Source: Verrucomicrobiota bacterium | GTDB lineage: Bacteria > Verrucomicrobiota > Verrucomicrobiia > Verrucomicrobiales > V1-33 | Direction of reading: 5' to 3' | Assembly: GCA_003402705.1 (NCBI GenBank) | Contig: QQNF01000001.1 | Coordinates: 74,184 to 138,183 of the forward strand | Length of the DNA: 64,000 nt | Shown here: positions 19,691-28,640 of the stretch, one piece after another | Position numbering within the stretch: position 1 is the stretch's first letter | How the letters are laid out: each line of letters starts with the position of its first letter | Made by a program: the position numbers and the translations under genes | Notes under the pieces: generated by a model | Databases searched by the model: none | What the model saw: only the letters and a program-made list of their open reading frames with translations | Told to the model about the DNA's origin: nothing

Positions 19691-20586
19691 CGGGATCTCA
19701 GCAGGAGGAATCGGCGCAGCGCTTCATCAAGGGGTTGATCAGTGGGCAGAAAACAATAATCGGTCTCTGTATCGTGGCAGATCTGCTCGATCTCCGTACG
19801 GATCCGGCTCAGGTTTTCCTGATAAAGCTGGGCATAAACCGTGCCGTCGACCGCGCGTTCAGCTCCGGTCTCGCGATCCACCAGCACCACCTCGTCTTCG
19901 ATCCGTGGCTCCAGTTCTTCGCGCGACAACAGCTGGAAAAGGATCACTTTGCTGCCGCGCATCCGCAAACGACCCAGCATGTCCTTCAGCTCGGCCGGGT
20001 CCACCAGAGCGTCGGTGATGATCGCGGCGAGAGAACGCCGATGGCATTCGTCGACCAGATCGGCTAGTCCACCAAGGTGATCGCGGGGCCCGTCCGCGAC
20101 CGAACTTTCAAGATGGTGGACAATGTGTTCCAGATGATCTCGTCGGGTGCTCGGCGGCCACCAGTCATCTAGCGGAATGGACTCACCTTTTCCAAATACG
20201 GCCAGCCCTGGCGCGTCCTGCTGACGGCGCAGCAGCACGGCCAACACCGCGCACAACAAGCGACCGTAAACGAATTTATTCCCTGCCCCGGCTCCGAAAT
20301 CCATGCTGCGACTGCCGTCCAGAAACAGATAGCCGCGCAGGTTGGTTTCCTGCTCGAATTCACGCACGTAGAGGTCGTCGGTCCGGCCGTAAACCTTCCA
20401 ATCGATCCGCTGCAAGGGGTCGCCCGGAAGGAATGCGCGGTAAGTCGCGAATTCCTGGCTGCTCCCGGCATACGGGCTGCGGTGCATGCCGTGAGCATAA
20501 CCCTCAACCATGCACTCCGCCAGAAGCAGCAGGTCGCGGGAACCCGCTAGCAACTCAGCATCGGCGTAAAGTGCGGCTTCAGACAC
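19687..20586 (-). CDS. DUF58 protein (vWA-like MoxR partner)
   Basis: GMHRSPYAGSSQEFATYRAFLPGDPLQRIDWKVYGRTDDLYVREFEQE is the DUF58 signature. GTG start lies 12 nt after the moxR stop. Confidence 0.85.
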   Translation of the reverse strand: MSEAALYADAELLAGSRDLLLLAECMVEGYAHGMHRSPYAGSSQEFATYRAFLPGDPLQRIDWKVYGRTDDLYVREFEQETNLRGYLFLDGSRSMDFGAGAGNKFVYGRLLCAVLAVLLRRQQDAPGLAVFGKGESIPLDDWWPPSTRRDHLEHIVHHLESSVADGPRDHLGGLADLVDECHRRSLAAIITDALVDPAELKDMLGRLRMRGSKVILFQLLSREELEPRIEDEVVLVDRETGAERAVDGTVYAQLYQENLSRIRTEIEQICHDTETDYCFLPTDQPLDEALRRFLLLRSR

Positions 20587-20598
20587 AGACTCAATGGG

Positions 20599-21633
20599 TT
20601 AAATCCTGGCCGCTTTGACCAACCCATCCAGGAGCCTGTCCGCGTCCATGCCCTCGGACCGGGCCTTGAAATTGGTCAGGATCCGGTGGCGGAGCACCAG
20701 AAGCGCCACCGAACGCACATCCTCAACATCCGCACAGGGTTTGCCGATCATCGCAGCCCTTCCCTTGGCACCGAGAATCAAGTACTGGGAGGCACGCGGC
20801 CCGGCGCCCCAGCGGACAAAACGTTTAACCTGTTCGGTGGCCCCCGCCGCATCCGGGCGGGTGGAGCCCACCAGATCCACTGCGAAGCGGATCACTTCGT
20901 CAGAAACGGGCACCGCCCGGACCAGTTGCTGGATCGCCAGCAGGTCGTCGGCATTCATGACTTTCTCCAACGCCGGACGGACCGTCCCAGTCGTGCGGCG
21001 CACCATGTCCACCTCCTGAGAAGGCTCGGGATAATGGATCATCACCGAGAGCATGAAACGGTCAGTCGCAGCCTCGGGAAGCTGATAAGTGCCCTCCATT
21101 TCGATCGGATTCTGGGTGGCAAACACATGAAACGGCTTGGGCAGGGGCATGGTTTCACGGCCCGCCGTCACCTCGCGCTCCTGCATCGTCTGAAGCATCG
21201 CCGCCTGCGTCTTCGGCGGCGTGCGGTTGATTTCGTCTGCCAATAACAGATTCGTGAAGACCGGCCCAGGCATGAACTTCAGTGCGCGCGTGCCCTTAAC
21301 CGGATCGTCCTGAATGATCTCGGTGCCGGTGATGTCCGCCGGCATCAGATCCGGCGTGAACTGGATGCGCTTGAAATCAAGGTCGAGTGCCTCCGCCAGC
21401 GAGCGGATGAGTAGTGTCTTGGCCAGTCCGGGCACGCCGGTGAGCAGGACATGTTCACCGCAGTAGAGGCCCAGGAGCACGTCTTCAACCACACGCTCCT
21501 GCCCCACGATGGCCTTGGCGACTTCCTCTCGAAGCGCGCGGGTACGGGCGGGCAAGGTTTCAATAAGATCCTCGGGATTCGGCATTGTGGTGGGCGATTC
21601 GATTTGGTTTGAATCCAGGATCACTGGGGACAT
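20599..21633 (-). CDS. moxR: MoxR-family AAA+ ATPase
   Basis: IVGQERVVEDVLLGLYCGEHVLLTGVPGLAKTLLIRSLAEAL (Walker A), LLADEINRTPPKTQAAMLQTMQE (Walker B). Confidence 0.9.
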   Translation of the reverse strand: MSPVILDSNQIESPTTMPNPEDLIETLPARTRALREEVAKAIVGQERVVEDVLLGLYCGEHVLLTGVPGLAKTLLIRSLAEALDLDFKRIQFTPDLMPADITGTEIIQDDPVKGTRALKFMPGPVFTNLLLADEINRTPPKTQAAMLQTMQEREVTAGRETMPLPKPFHVFATQNPIEMEGTYQLPEAATDRFMLSVMIHYPEPSQEVDMVRRTTGTVRPALEKVMNADDLLAIQQLVRAVPVSDEVIRFAVDLVGSTRPDAAGATEQVKRFVRWGAGPRASQYLILGAKGRAAMIGKPCADVEDVRSVALLVLRHRILTNFKARSEGMDADRLLDGLVKAARI

Positions 21634-21636
21634 CTG

Positions 21637-21676
21637 TTTTGGAGGCGCTCCGTTCTCATCTGGCCTGCCTCCAAAA
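21637..21676 (-). promoter_or_regulatory. Perfect 10-bp stem-loop 3 nt upstream of the moxR ATG
   Basis: TTTTGGAGGC (21637-21646) pairs with GCCTCCAAAA (21667-21676) around a 20-nt loop. Confidence 0.35.
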
Positions 21677-21968
21677 CGCAGGCTGGCCCATCAAAAACGT
21701 TTCTCTTTGCCCATTCTCGGATGCGGAGCGCTGGCTGCGAATTCCAGCACACTGCTCGCGGTGCAAGGTCAGTAGCATCTCGTCGGACCCTCTCCCAAGG
21801 TCAAGTCCTATTGTCTCTGAGGCTCTGTGTGGCCTCGTGCAGATTGACGACTAAACCATGGCCGCTCTGCCTCACCCCCAGCAAACACAATCCCCATCAA
21901 CGCCATCCCTTTTGGAACCACCACGATCAGTGCTGCACCATGAATCGCCATGGATCGACAGGCCTCAC

Positions 21969-23183
21969 TCATTTCCCGAGACCATATTCACTCGCGAAGG
22001 CCTTCGCCGCATCGCTGTCCTCAGGGATGTTCTCATAAATGGTCTTCAGCGCCTTGCTGCGGTCAGGGCCCTCCGGCAGCGTCTGAATCCACTGCATCGC
22101 CCCCTCGGGATCGTAGGGATAGACCTTGGCAGCGTAGGCGCTTGCCACAGCGGACTTCTCCGGACCGGCGGGTGCGCTGTTGAGCCACTTGCCGGCCGCA
22201 AGGTAGTCTTTCTCGGTCCACGCGGTGGCGAGTTCGAAAGCGCGTTCCTTGGCGACGTCATCAGGCAATTCGCTTTTCGCCAGCCAGTCAAGCCATCGAC
22301 CAGTTTCGCCGACTCGCACCTTTTTTTCGATGTCCTTGGTGGCAGCAGCAAGTTCATCGCCTGATAGATTCGCCGATCCCAGCCAATCGGACACTTCAAC
22401 AAATGTCGCCTTCGCGCCGCCATGCCCGAAAACGAGCTCGCTCAACTGACCTTTCACAAGCTCCACCTGCTCGGGGGTCGAGGCGAAGCCCCTCATCTCT
22501 TCAAGCAATTCGGTTCGTTTCGGAGCACTGTATGCGTAAAATTCCACAGCCCCACTGATATATTTTGATTGAAACTCCGGCGGTGCTTCAGCGAGGCATT
22601 GGAAGACAGTCTGGATGTCTTTCTTCTCCCAGCTGAAATAGTAAACCAAGTGTTTGAAGGGATCCTGAATGTATCCTTCAGGCGCTGTTTTACCATCAAT
22701 CCCAAAGAGTTCCGGCGACTTGCTCATCATTCTGGCCATCTCAATCGGATACTTAGCGATAAAGACGGTCCGGACATAGCCGTTCAAATCACGTTTGATT
22801 CGCAGGTTCAACTCGGAATTACTGTAGCATTCATCCATGAATTGCCTGATCGCTGCGGGGTCGAGTTCCTCAAGCCGACTCTTGATTCCCGCCTGCCGTT
22901 TCGTGAACTCATCACCGGATTCACCAGTGGCATTCTCACCATAGTCACGGAATAACTGAAAATAGTCGAGCCCGATTGTTTTCACTCGTTCCCTCATCGC
23001 GAGATATTCGTTCCCTCGTTCCATGGCGTTCGACGACTGGTTATCACTACCGAGCTTAGCCGTGGCTTCCTTCAAGAGTCTGGCATTGATCCCTCTGCTG
23101 CTGGAAAGCTGCCGACTTTCCCGCCACCCCAGAAGGGCGGCGATGAAGAGTATAGCAGCACAAATGATCAGGGAACACTTCAT
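21969..23183 (-). CDS. N-terminally anchored alpha-helical hypothetical protein
   Basis: MKCSLIICAAILFIAALLGW anchor followed by a helical, Lys/Glu-rich body. It lies in a lower-GC region. Confidence 0.6.
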   Translation of the reverse strand: MKCSLIICAAILFIAALLGWRESRQLSSSRGINARLLKEATAKLGSDNQSSNAMERGNEYLAMRERVKTIGLDYFQLFRDYGENATGESGDEFTKRQAGIKSRLEELDPAAIRQFMDECYSNSELNLRIKRDLNGYVRTVFIAKYPIEMARMMSKSPELFGIDGKTAPEGYIQDPFKHLVYYFSWEKKDIQTVFQCLAEAPPEFQSKYISGAVEFYAYSAPKRTELLEEMRGFASTPEQVELVKGQLSELVFGHGGAKATFVEVSDWLGSANLSGDELAAATKDIEKKVRVGETGRWLDWLAKSELPDDVAKERAFELATAWTEKDYLAAGKWLNSAPAGPEKSAVASAYAAKVYPYDPEGAMQWIQTLPEGPDRSKALKTIYENIPEDSDAAKAFASEYGLGK

Positions 23184-23186
23184 CCT

Positions 23187-24512
23187 TCAATTCAGCTTTC
23201 GCAGCATTTCTTCACGGAGCCTGTCGTCCGAAACCTTCGTTGCAAGCACTCGTGCCCTGGCTTTTGGATAAGAGATGGTGCCGTTCGCGCTTCCCTCTAT
23301 CAATGGGATCAGCAATTCGTCCCCGGCACCTGATTCATGGTAATCAGTAGCCATCTTCTCGACAAAATCCTGAGCGCTGGTCGTCTTTGAATTCTCAAGG
23401 TAAGTCTGAAGTGCCAATCCTGTTGCCCGGTCAGCGGAGGAAGGGTCGATCGCTTGCATCCGTGCGCGCAGGTCGTCGAACCTTTCACGAGACGGTTCAT
23501 TGCCTCTGTCTCTCATCGCGCCATACTTCGCGACCTCCGCAAAGTGCTGCGCCATCAGGGTGGATCGCTCTTCAGGGCTGAAGCCGAGGCGATCCATGTT
23601 CTTCCGAATGTCTTTTGGATCGTTCTTGCTGTCAAAGCGGAAATTATACTCAGTCAGACTGTTGTCTTTCAGTATAGCCATGTATTCCTCCATCGGCATT
23701 GATCTGCGAAGCATCTCAATGAAATCCTTGCTCTTCTCCTTGGGAACGTCCCACACGTAAGTACCCACACTGGCGCGCAAGTCCGGCGGAAGATTCTTCA
23801 GCCGTTGCTCAGCGGCGGCTGGATCAGATGCGAGCAAGGACATGATGAATGCCGATTCAAACGGAATCATGGTAGGAGATTTACCATCAAGGGTCTTGTC
23901 GAAGACTTCTCCGGCGACCTGCCTCTCATACCAGGCAGTGGCTGCGGCGGGATCTCGCGCAAGCCATTTGCTGAAATCTCCCATCCTGACAGGGTCAATA
24001 CTCTCATTCTGGCATTTCGCAAGGTACTGGCTGAAGGCGAACTCGGGATTCTTCCCCTTGAGTTGGTCCAGCATCACCGATTCGAGGTAATTCCGAAACT
24101 CTGCTTCAACAGGGAGTGCCGCCATTTCCGTATAGGCTTTCACGAGTTCGTCTCCGCTCATTTCGGATGCCAGTTTCTCGAGCCTCCTGCAGGCCGCTGT
24201 CAGATTGAATCTCGCCCCCTCGTTATTGTTGAACATCACGAGTTCGCTCCAATCCCTCGAGGTGTTCACCCAGTCGTCAGACGGCTTGATCTCTTCATCC
24301 GATGGCTTTTTCTCCCTCTTCAACTTTGCGCCTTTCGTCCCGGCTCTCGTGCGATCATTGCTAACACTCGATGAACTGCTGGCGTCCGCGATCTTTCGCT
24401 GAAGCGAGAGATTGCTCTGCTCCAACTCGCGATTTGAGGCCCGCAAGCTGGCAAGCCACGCCGCAGCGATCATCAGCGCGATGAGTGGCGGGGCGTAGTG
24501 AATGAGTTTCAT
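23187..24512 (-). CDS. N-terminally anchored alpha-helical hypothetical protein (same architecture as the downstream gene)
   Basis: MKLIHYAPPLIALMIAAAWLASL anchor, then a coiled-coil and a helical body. Only 3 nt separate it from the next gene. Confidence 0.6.
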   Translation of the reverse strand: MKLIHYAPPLIALMIAAAWLASLRASNRELEQSNLSLQRKIADASSSSSVSNDRTRAGTKGAKLKREKKPSDEEIKPSDDWVNTSRDWSELVMFNNNEGARFNLTAACRRLEKLASEMSGDELVKAYTEMAALPVEAEFRNYLESVMLDQLKGKNPEFAFSQYLAKCQNESIDPVRMGDFSKWLARDPAAATAWYERQVAGEVFDKTLDGKSPTMIPFESAFIMSLLASDPAAAEQRLKNLPPDLRASVGTYVWDVPKEKSKDFIEMLRRSMPMEEYMAILKDNSLTEYNFRFDSKNDPKDIRKNMDRLGFSPEERSTLMAQHFAEVAKYGAMRDRGNEPSRERFDDLRARMQAIDPSSADRATGLALQTYLENSKTTSAQDFVEKMATDYHESGAGDELLIPLIEGSANGTISYPKARARVLATKVSDDRLREEMLRKLN

Positions 24513-24622
24513 GATTCGTTCATGCTCGCAGGGGGCACCGGCCCCAGCATACCATTCGCTGGAGTCCCCGTCCCGGATTCAAAAATGTCATTGGAGTTCG
24601 GCTTCATGCCTGTTGGATGTTC

Positions 24623-24996
24623 TCAAGGAAGAGTCACCGGACCAATGACATGAAGGGTGCCATCGGGGTCTCGATACTTGAGAGTGTAGGTCCCCGACGA
24701 AACTCCATTAACTTTGACATGCCCTGGGTAGCTGCCTTTGCGGTTGCCACTAATGAAGCTCGCAGTGATCAGATGTCGGACCCCGCGACAGTGGCGTCGA
24801 CTGCATCAATCCACTGGCCGGAATGAACGATCTCAGTCTCAAATTCCATCGGTATCTTGTATGATCCGGACCCAAGTGCGGCAGGAGCACCGGTGGTAAT
24901 CCCGCCTTTGGCAAAGAAGTCGCGTGACTTCTTCTCCGAACAACCGGTCAGCGCAAGAACGACCAGAATCAGTGTGGTTTTGAAGATATCATTCAT
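24623..24996 (-). pseudogene. Small lipoprotein gene interrupted by a frameshift near 24770
   Basis: MNDIFKTTLILVVLALTGCS (lipobox) reads to a stop at 24769. A shifted frame continues as ITASFISGNRKGSYPGHVKVNGVSSGTYTLKYRDPDGTLHVIGPVTLP. Confidence 0.4.
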
Positions 24997-25452
24997 GCTT
25001 TTGATATGCTGGCCCTTGATATTTCCCGTTGCTGTTTTGTTTGGAAACTTAATTGGCAAGCCCGGATGGATTGAGCAACCGCCTGAGGAACAGGACAGTG
25101 CCGCTCTCGCGACCACGGATCAGATAGATGAACGTCCGGTCCGCGCGAAAGGTCGGCGTGGAGGGAATTTTTCCGCGCATCGCTGCTGCCGGCATCGGGA
25201 ACCCGGTGATGGCGGCAGCCTGTCCGGCGACAATTAAAGCTGACCCCCGACGACAATTAGAACTGACCCCTGATCGGGTGGTTCTCCGGGGTGGACGGGG
25301 TGCCTTGCGGCATGCGGTTTGACACCGGTCGGGGTGGCGCAGTTGGACAAGCCTCTTCGCTGTGCTCGGCAGGGGATCTGCTTGCACTACCCGGCAGGCG
25401 GCACGATCAGATATTCCTGTCCCCACCAAGGTCGAATGATCCGTTAAAACCC

Positions 25453-25815
25453 ATGGACTACCTCCTCATCGCTCTCAAACTCATCGTGGCACTCGGCATT
25501 CTCAACGTCTGGCTCCTCCGCCGGGACAAGGCGACCGCCTATCGTGGTGGGGACGCGGGAACCCTGCGCGGGGAATTCGCCGCCTACGGCTTGCCCTTCT
25601 CGTTCTTCTGCCTCATCGGCATTCTCAAGGTGGGCCTCGCTCTGGTGCTCCTCGCCTCGCTATGGATTCCGGTCCTCGCCCAGCCGGCGGCCGTGGGCAT
25701 CGGCGCGCTCATGCTGGGGGCCTTTGCCATGCACCTCAAGGTGAAGGACCCAATCGGGAAAGCGCTGCCATCGCTCGCGGTCCTCGCGATGTGCGTCGCC
25801 ATTGCCCTGGGATAG
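25453..25815 (+). CDS. DoxX-like small membrane protein
   Basis: ATG at 25453. MDYLLIALKLIVALGILNVWLLRRDK... is 120 aa with 4 TM helices. Confidence 0.55.
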   Translation: MDYLLIALKLIVALGILNVWLLRRDKATAYRGGDAGTLRGEFAAYGLPFSFFCLIGILKVGLALVLLASLWIPVLAQPAAVGIGALMLGAFAMHLKVKDPIGKALPSLAVLAMCVAIALG

Positions 25816-25827
25816 CAGGCCTTCACC

Positions 25828-26205
25828 TCAGAAGGCCCAGAAGCAAAGATAGGCGTTCAGCACCAGATAAAACAGCGCCGGGACCGTCTGCGGCAGGGAG
25901 TCCTTGATCCGGATCCGGACCAGCACCGCGACGAGCATCATCAGGGCCAGCCCGCCTGCCGCCGCCCGGCCCATCCATGGCTCACTCATTCCCGCCAAAA
26001 GGCCAAGCCCCGCCACCACTTGCAGCATGCCGACCACCACGCGCTGCGCACCGAGCCGGTAGCGATTGAATTCCTGCTTCATGTAGCTGGACAAAAAGCA
26101 GGCCGACCCATATCCAAGAAAGGAGCAGGCCGATAACAGGATGAGGGTGGTTGCCAAGACGAAGCGGTGGAAGCGGCGTGGGACGCGGGCGGCCCACCTT
26201 GCCAA
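25828..26205 (-). CDS. DoxX-like small membrane protein (start uncertain, TTG at 26205)
   Basis: Four hydrophobic helices (…VVGMLQVVAGLGLLAG…GGLALMMLVAVLVRIRIKD…). Convergent with the previous gene. Confidence 0.45.
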   Translation of the reverse strand: MARWAARVPRRFHRFVLATTLILLSACSFLGYGSACFLSSYMKQEFNRYRLGAQRVVVGMLQVVAGLGLLAGMSEPWMGRAAAGGLALMMLVAVLVRIRIKDSLPQTVPALFYLVLNAYLCFWAF

Positions 26206-26313
26206 AGCATACGTATGCCACGACGGGATTGAGGCAACCCGTTCCGTACCCCGAGCGGAATCCCGGTGAGAAACCCGAAATCAACTGCTCCTTCCCATCC
26301 ATGCCGGAAACGC

Positions 26314-26590
26314 CGCAATTGGACAGACCTCTTCGCAGGGGCGCCTCGCCACCTCCAGAGGTCCCGCCACCTATCAGGCTCTCCCGCCCCAAGTCGACAC
26401 GCCCCTTCCAGCGTTCTCCCTGGCCACCCGGACCTCCAGCACCCCGCAATTGGACAAGGGACCTTCAGAAGCCTGGCCATCTGAACGATCCGCCTCCTCA
26501 TCCCGCAGGGATGACAGCATGAAGCCGGTGGTCGAGCTCGGCACGAGCGACACCACCAGAACGCCGCAATCGGACAGGCCTCTTCGCAGG
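26314..26590. repeat. Cluster of three copies of a dispersed ~26-nt repeat CGCAAT(T/C)GGACAG(G/A)CCTCTTCGCAGG
   Basis: Copies are at 26314-26339, 26445-26471 (diverged) and 26565-26590. Further copies are at 39287-39312 and, inverted, at 9436-9457. Confidence 0.65.
26473..26557. repeat. Left ~85-bp direct repeat flanking vapBC-1
   Basis: CTGGCCATCTGAACGATCCGCCTC(C)TCATCCCGCAGGGAT...GAAGCCGGTGGT(C/T)GAGCTCGGCACGAGCGACACCACC. About 90% identical by eye to 27338-27421. Confidence 0.75.
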
Positions 26591-26654
26591 GACCTACCGG
26601 CGCGAACCCGATGCCTTGCGCTTGCGCTGCATTGCGGCAATGCGATTATCCTGC

Positions 26655-26897
26655 ATGACTGTAGTCGTTCCCATCAGCAAGCGAGGCACCGTGACGCTGC
26701 CTCCTGCCCTTCGCCGCAGGTTTGGTCTCGAAACCGAGAACCCCTTGGTGATCATCGAAGAACGGGACGGGGAACTGGTTCTGCGCCCTGCCGTGGCAGT
26801 GGCCGTGCGCGATCTGCCGAAGGCGGTCGTCGAGCGGTGGATTCAGGAGGATGAAGCGGGAATGCGGGAATTCGAGGCAACGCCGCCGCCGCAATGA
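26655..26897 (+). CDS. vapB: AbrB/SpoVT-type antitoxin (VapB-like)
   Basis: MTVVVPISKRGTVTLPPALRRRFGL is an AbrB/MazE looped-hinge motif. Its stop overlaps the vapC ATG. Confidence 0.75.
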   Translation: MTVVVPISKRGTVTLPPALRRRFGLETENPLVIIEERDGELVLRPAVAVAVRDLPKAVVERWIQEDEAGMREFEATPPPQ

Positions 26898-27349
26898 TTC
26901 TATTTCTGGATACCAGTGTCCTTCTGGCCGCCGCTGGCTCGGAAACGGGCGCGTCCCGTTACGTCTGCACCCAAGGAGGGCCACGGCATGGATGGAGGCT
27001 CCTCACCTCAGGTTATTGCGTGCAGGAAACGCTGCGCAATCTGCCCAAACTCGGCTCCGGCGCGGCATTGGCCTGGACTACAGTTGTCGAACCGGTAATC
27101 GAAATCGTGGCGGATGTCGTGTCGCTAGATCAGGCGCTCGTCTTCCCCAAGGCCAAAGACAGACCAGTCGTCATTTCGGCTCTCGCGGCCCAAGCAGGCG
27201 TCCTGCTCACTCTCGACCGAACCGATTTCCACGCATCGCTCGGGCCCCAGCTCTACGGCATGGACATCCGCACCCCTGCCGACTTTCTCATCGAGCAGCG
27301 CCTCAAAGGAAGCATCTGCATCCGGAACCCCAGAGGTCTGGCCATCTGA
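26894..27349 (+). CDS. vapC: PIN-domain toxin (VapC-like)
   Basis: MILFLDTSVLLAAAG (first acidic PIN residue) and ...LLTLDRTDF... The last 4 codons and the stop lie inside the right flanking repeat. Confidence 0.8.
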   Translation: MILFLDTSVLLAAAGSETGASRYVCTQGGPRHGWRLLTSGYCVQETLRNLPKLGSGAALAWTTVVEPVIEIVADVVSLDQALVFPKAKDRPVVISALAAQAGVLLTLDRTDFHASLGPQLYGMDIRTPADFLIEQRLKGSICIRNPRGLAI

Positions 27350-27421
27350 ACGATCCGCCTCTCATCCCGCAGGGATCACCGGCTGAAGCCGGTGGTTGAG
27401 CTCGGCACGAGCGACACCACC
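27338..27421. repeat. Right ~85-bp direct repeat flanking vapBC-1
   Basis: Pairs with 26473-26557. Contains the hairpin CACCGGC-TGAA-GCCGGTG. Confidence 0.75.
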
Positions 27422-27517
27422 GGAAAACGCACCAAATTAAATCGCATGCCCGGCAGGGGTGCCGCCCTGAGCCCTCCAGCGGTCAGGCCACTCAACCGTT
27501 CTGTTCCTGATAGCGCT

Positions 27518-28381
27518 TCAGCGTCCCGATCCTTCTGCCGTGGAGGAAGATTTAGAAACCTTCGCTTCCGGGTGAAAATGACAGGGCGGAAACCCGTCGG
27601 GCAACTCCGTGATGATCACATCCACCGGCACCAGCACGCCATTCTCCGCCATCACCACATTGGCCGGATGCACATCCCACACGCCCAGGCAGCCGATCCG
27701 CCACGACGTGGAATCCTCATAACCGATTCCCTTCCAGCCCATCTGCACGAAACCCAGCGCCTTCATCCCCTCACTGATTTCCTCCATCGTGGCCCGACGG
27801 CCCCGCACATGGGGCTGGCTCGTCACCATGCGCCACCCGTCCGTTCCATCCCGCCAGATTCCGACCAGTTGGATGTCATCCTGAAAAAGATCATTCTGCC
27901 TCCTCAGTCGCTCGAAGTATTCCCGCGGCAACGCATTCCGCAGAGCAGGCCTGCCCTCCGCGTCCCAATCCACCGTATAACCAGCCAGCCCCGGCTTCGT
28001 GTACTTCAGCCAGCGTTCCGTTTCCGGATCGAAAATCAGATCATGCTCGCGGCCCCCCGCAGCGGCAGGCCCGGACGACTCCACAATCATCCCCTGTGCC
28101 TCGCACCACCGCCGGAATTGCCTCCACTGGCGTTCCGGCTCTTCCCAATCATCATCTTCACCGGCGTCCCCATCAAAATCGTCATCTGAGCATAGGCCTC
28201 CGCAGAGGTAGTCCTGTGCCCCGGCAAGCGTGCGATCCGCAGGGATTGCTTCTGTTGCTCCGTCATCGGGTCCACCCTGCCCCGCATCCCCACCATCCGC
28301 AAGATCCACCACCTCAAAAATCACGTCCCCCCCGATGTCCTCCATCGGCATCCCGGTCAGATCCACCACAGTCGCTTCCAC
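27518..28381 (-). CDS. Stand-alone kinase-like protein resembling the polyvalent-protein kinase domain, with an acidic N-terminal region
   Basis: GREHDLIFDPETERWLKYTKPG...YFERLRRQNDLFQDDIQLVGI...MVTSQPHVRGRRATMEEISEGMKALGF...VWDVHPANVVMAENGVLVPVD. GTG start at 28381. Confidence 0.45.
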   Translation of the reverse strand: MEATVVDLTGMPMEDIGGDVIFEVVDLADGGDAGQGGPDDGATEAIPADRTLAGAQDYLCGGLCSDDDFDGDAGEDDDWEEPERQWRQFRRWCEAQGMIVESSGPAAAGGREHDLIFDPETERWLKYTKPGLAGYTVDWDAEGRPALRNALPREYFERLRRQNDLFQDDIQLVGIWRDGTDGWRMVTSQPHVRGRRATMEEISEGMKALGFVQMGWKGIGYEDSTSWRIGCLGVWDVHPANVVMAENGVLVPVDVIITELPDGFPPCHFHPEAKVSKSSSTAEGSGR

Positions 28382-28640
28382 CGATCCCAGATACGCCCCT
28401 CGCCTGCCGCTCCGCCCGGCTGAGAATACTGCAATGCCGTGACCCGCTGCGCAGCGGTTCCTGATTCAAGCGCAACGCGACGTCCGGCACCTCCAGACTG
28501 CTCCAGAGCATCCCGTCCCACCTCAGGCACTTGCCATCCGCGTCGCTGAAGACAATTTCCATCCTGTCAGATTTGCTCCCTCCTCATGAGGTGCGGTCGT
28601 CCATCAGAACCACCTTTTCCAGCAATTTGTCCCGCTAGCG

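Noticed and set aside
26473-26557. tRNA-derived origin of the vapBC-1 flanking repeat (ends in ...GGTGGTCGAGCTCGGCACGAGCGACACCACC, reminiscent of a T-arm plus acceptor/CCA)
   Set aside because: I could not build a consistent T-stem or a matching 5' acceptor strand, and the only central hairpin has a 3-nt loop. It is not an intact tRNA.
28314-28562. 82-aa ORF upstream of, and overlapping, the kinase-like gene
   Set aside because: I cannot decide between a separate small gene, a frameshifted N-terminus, or noise. It is mentioned under the kinase finding only.
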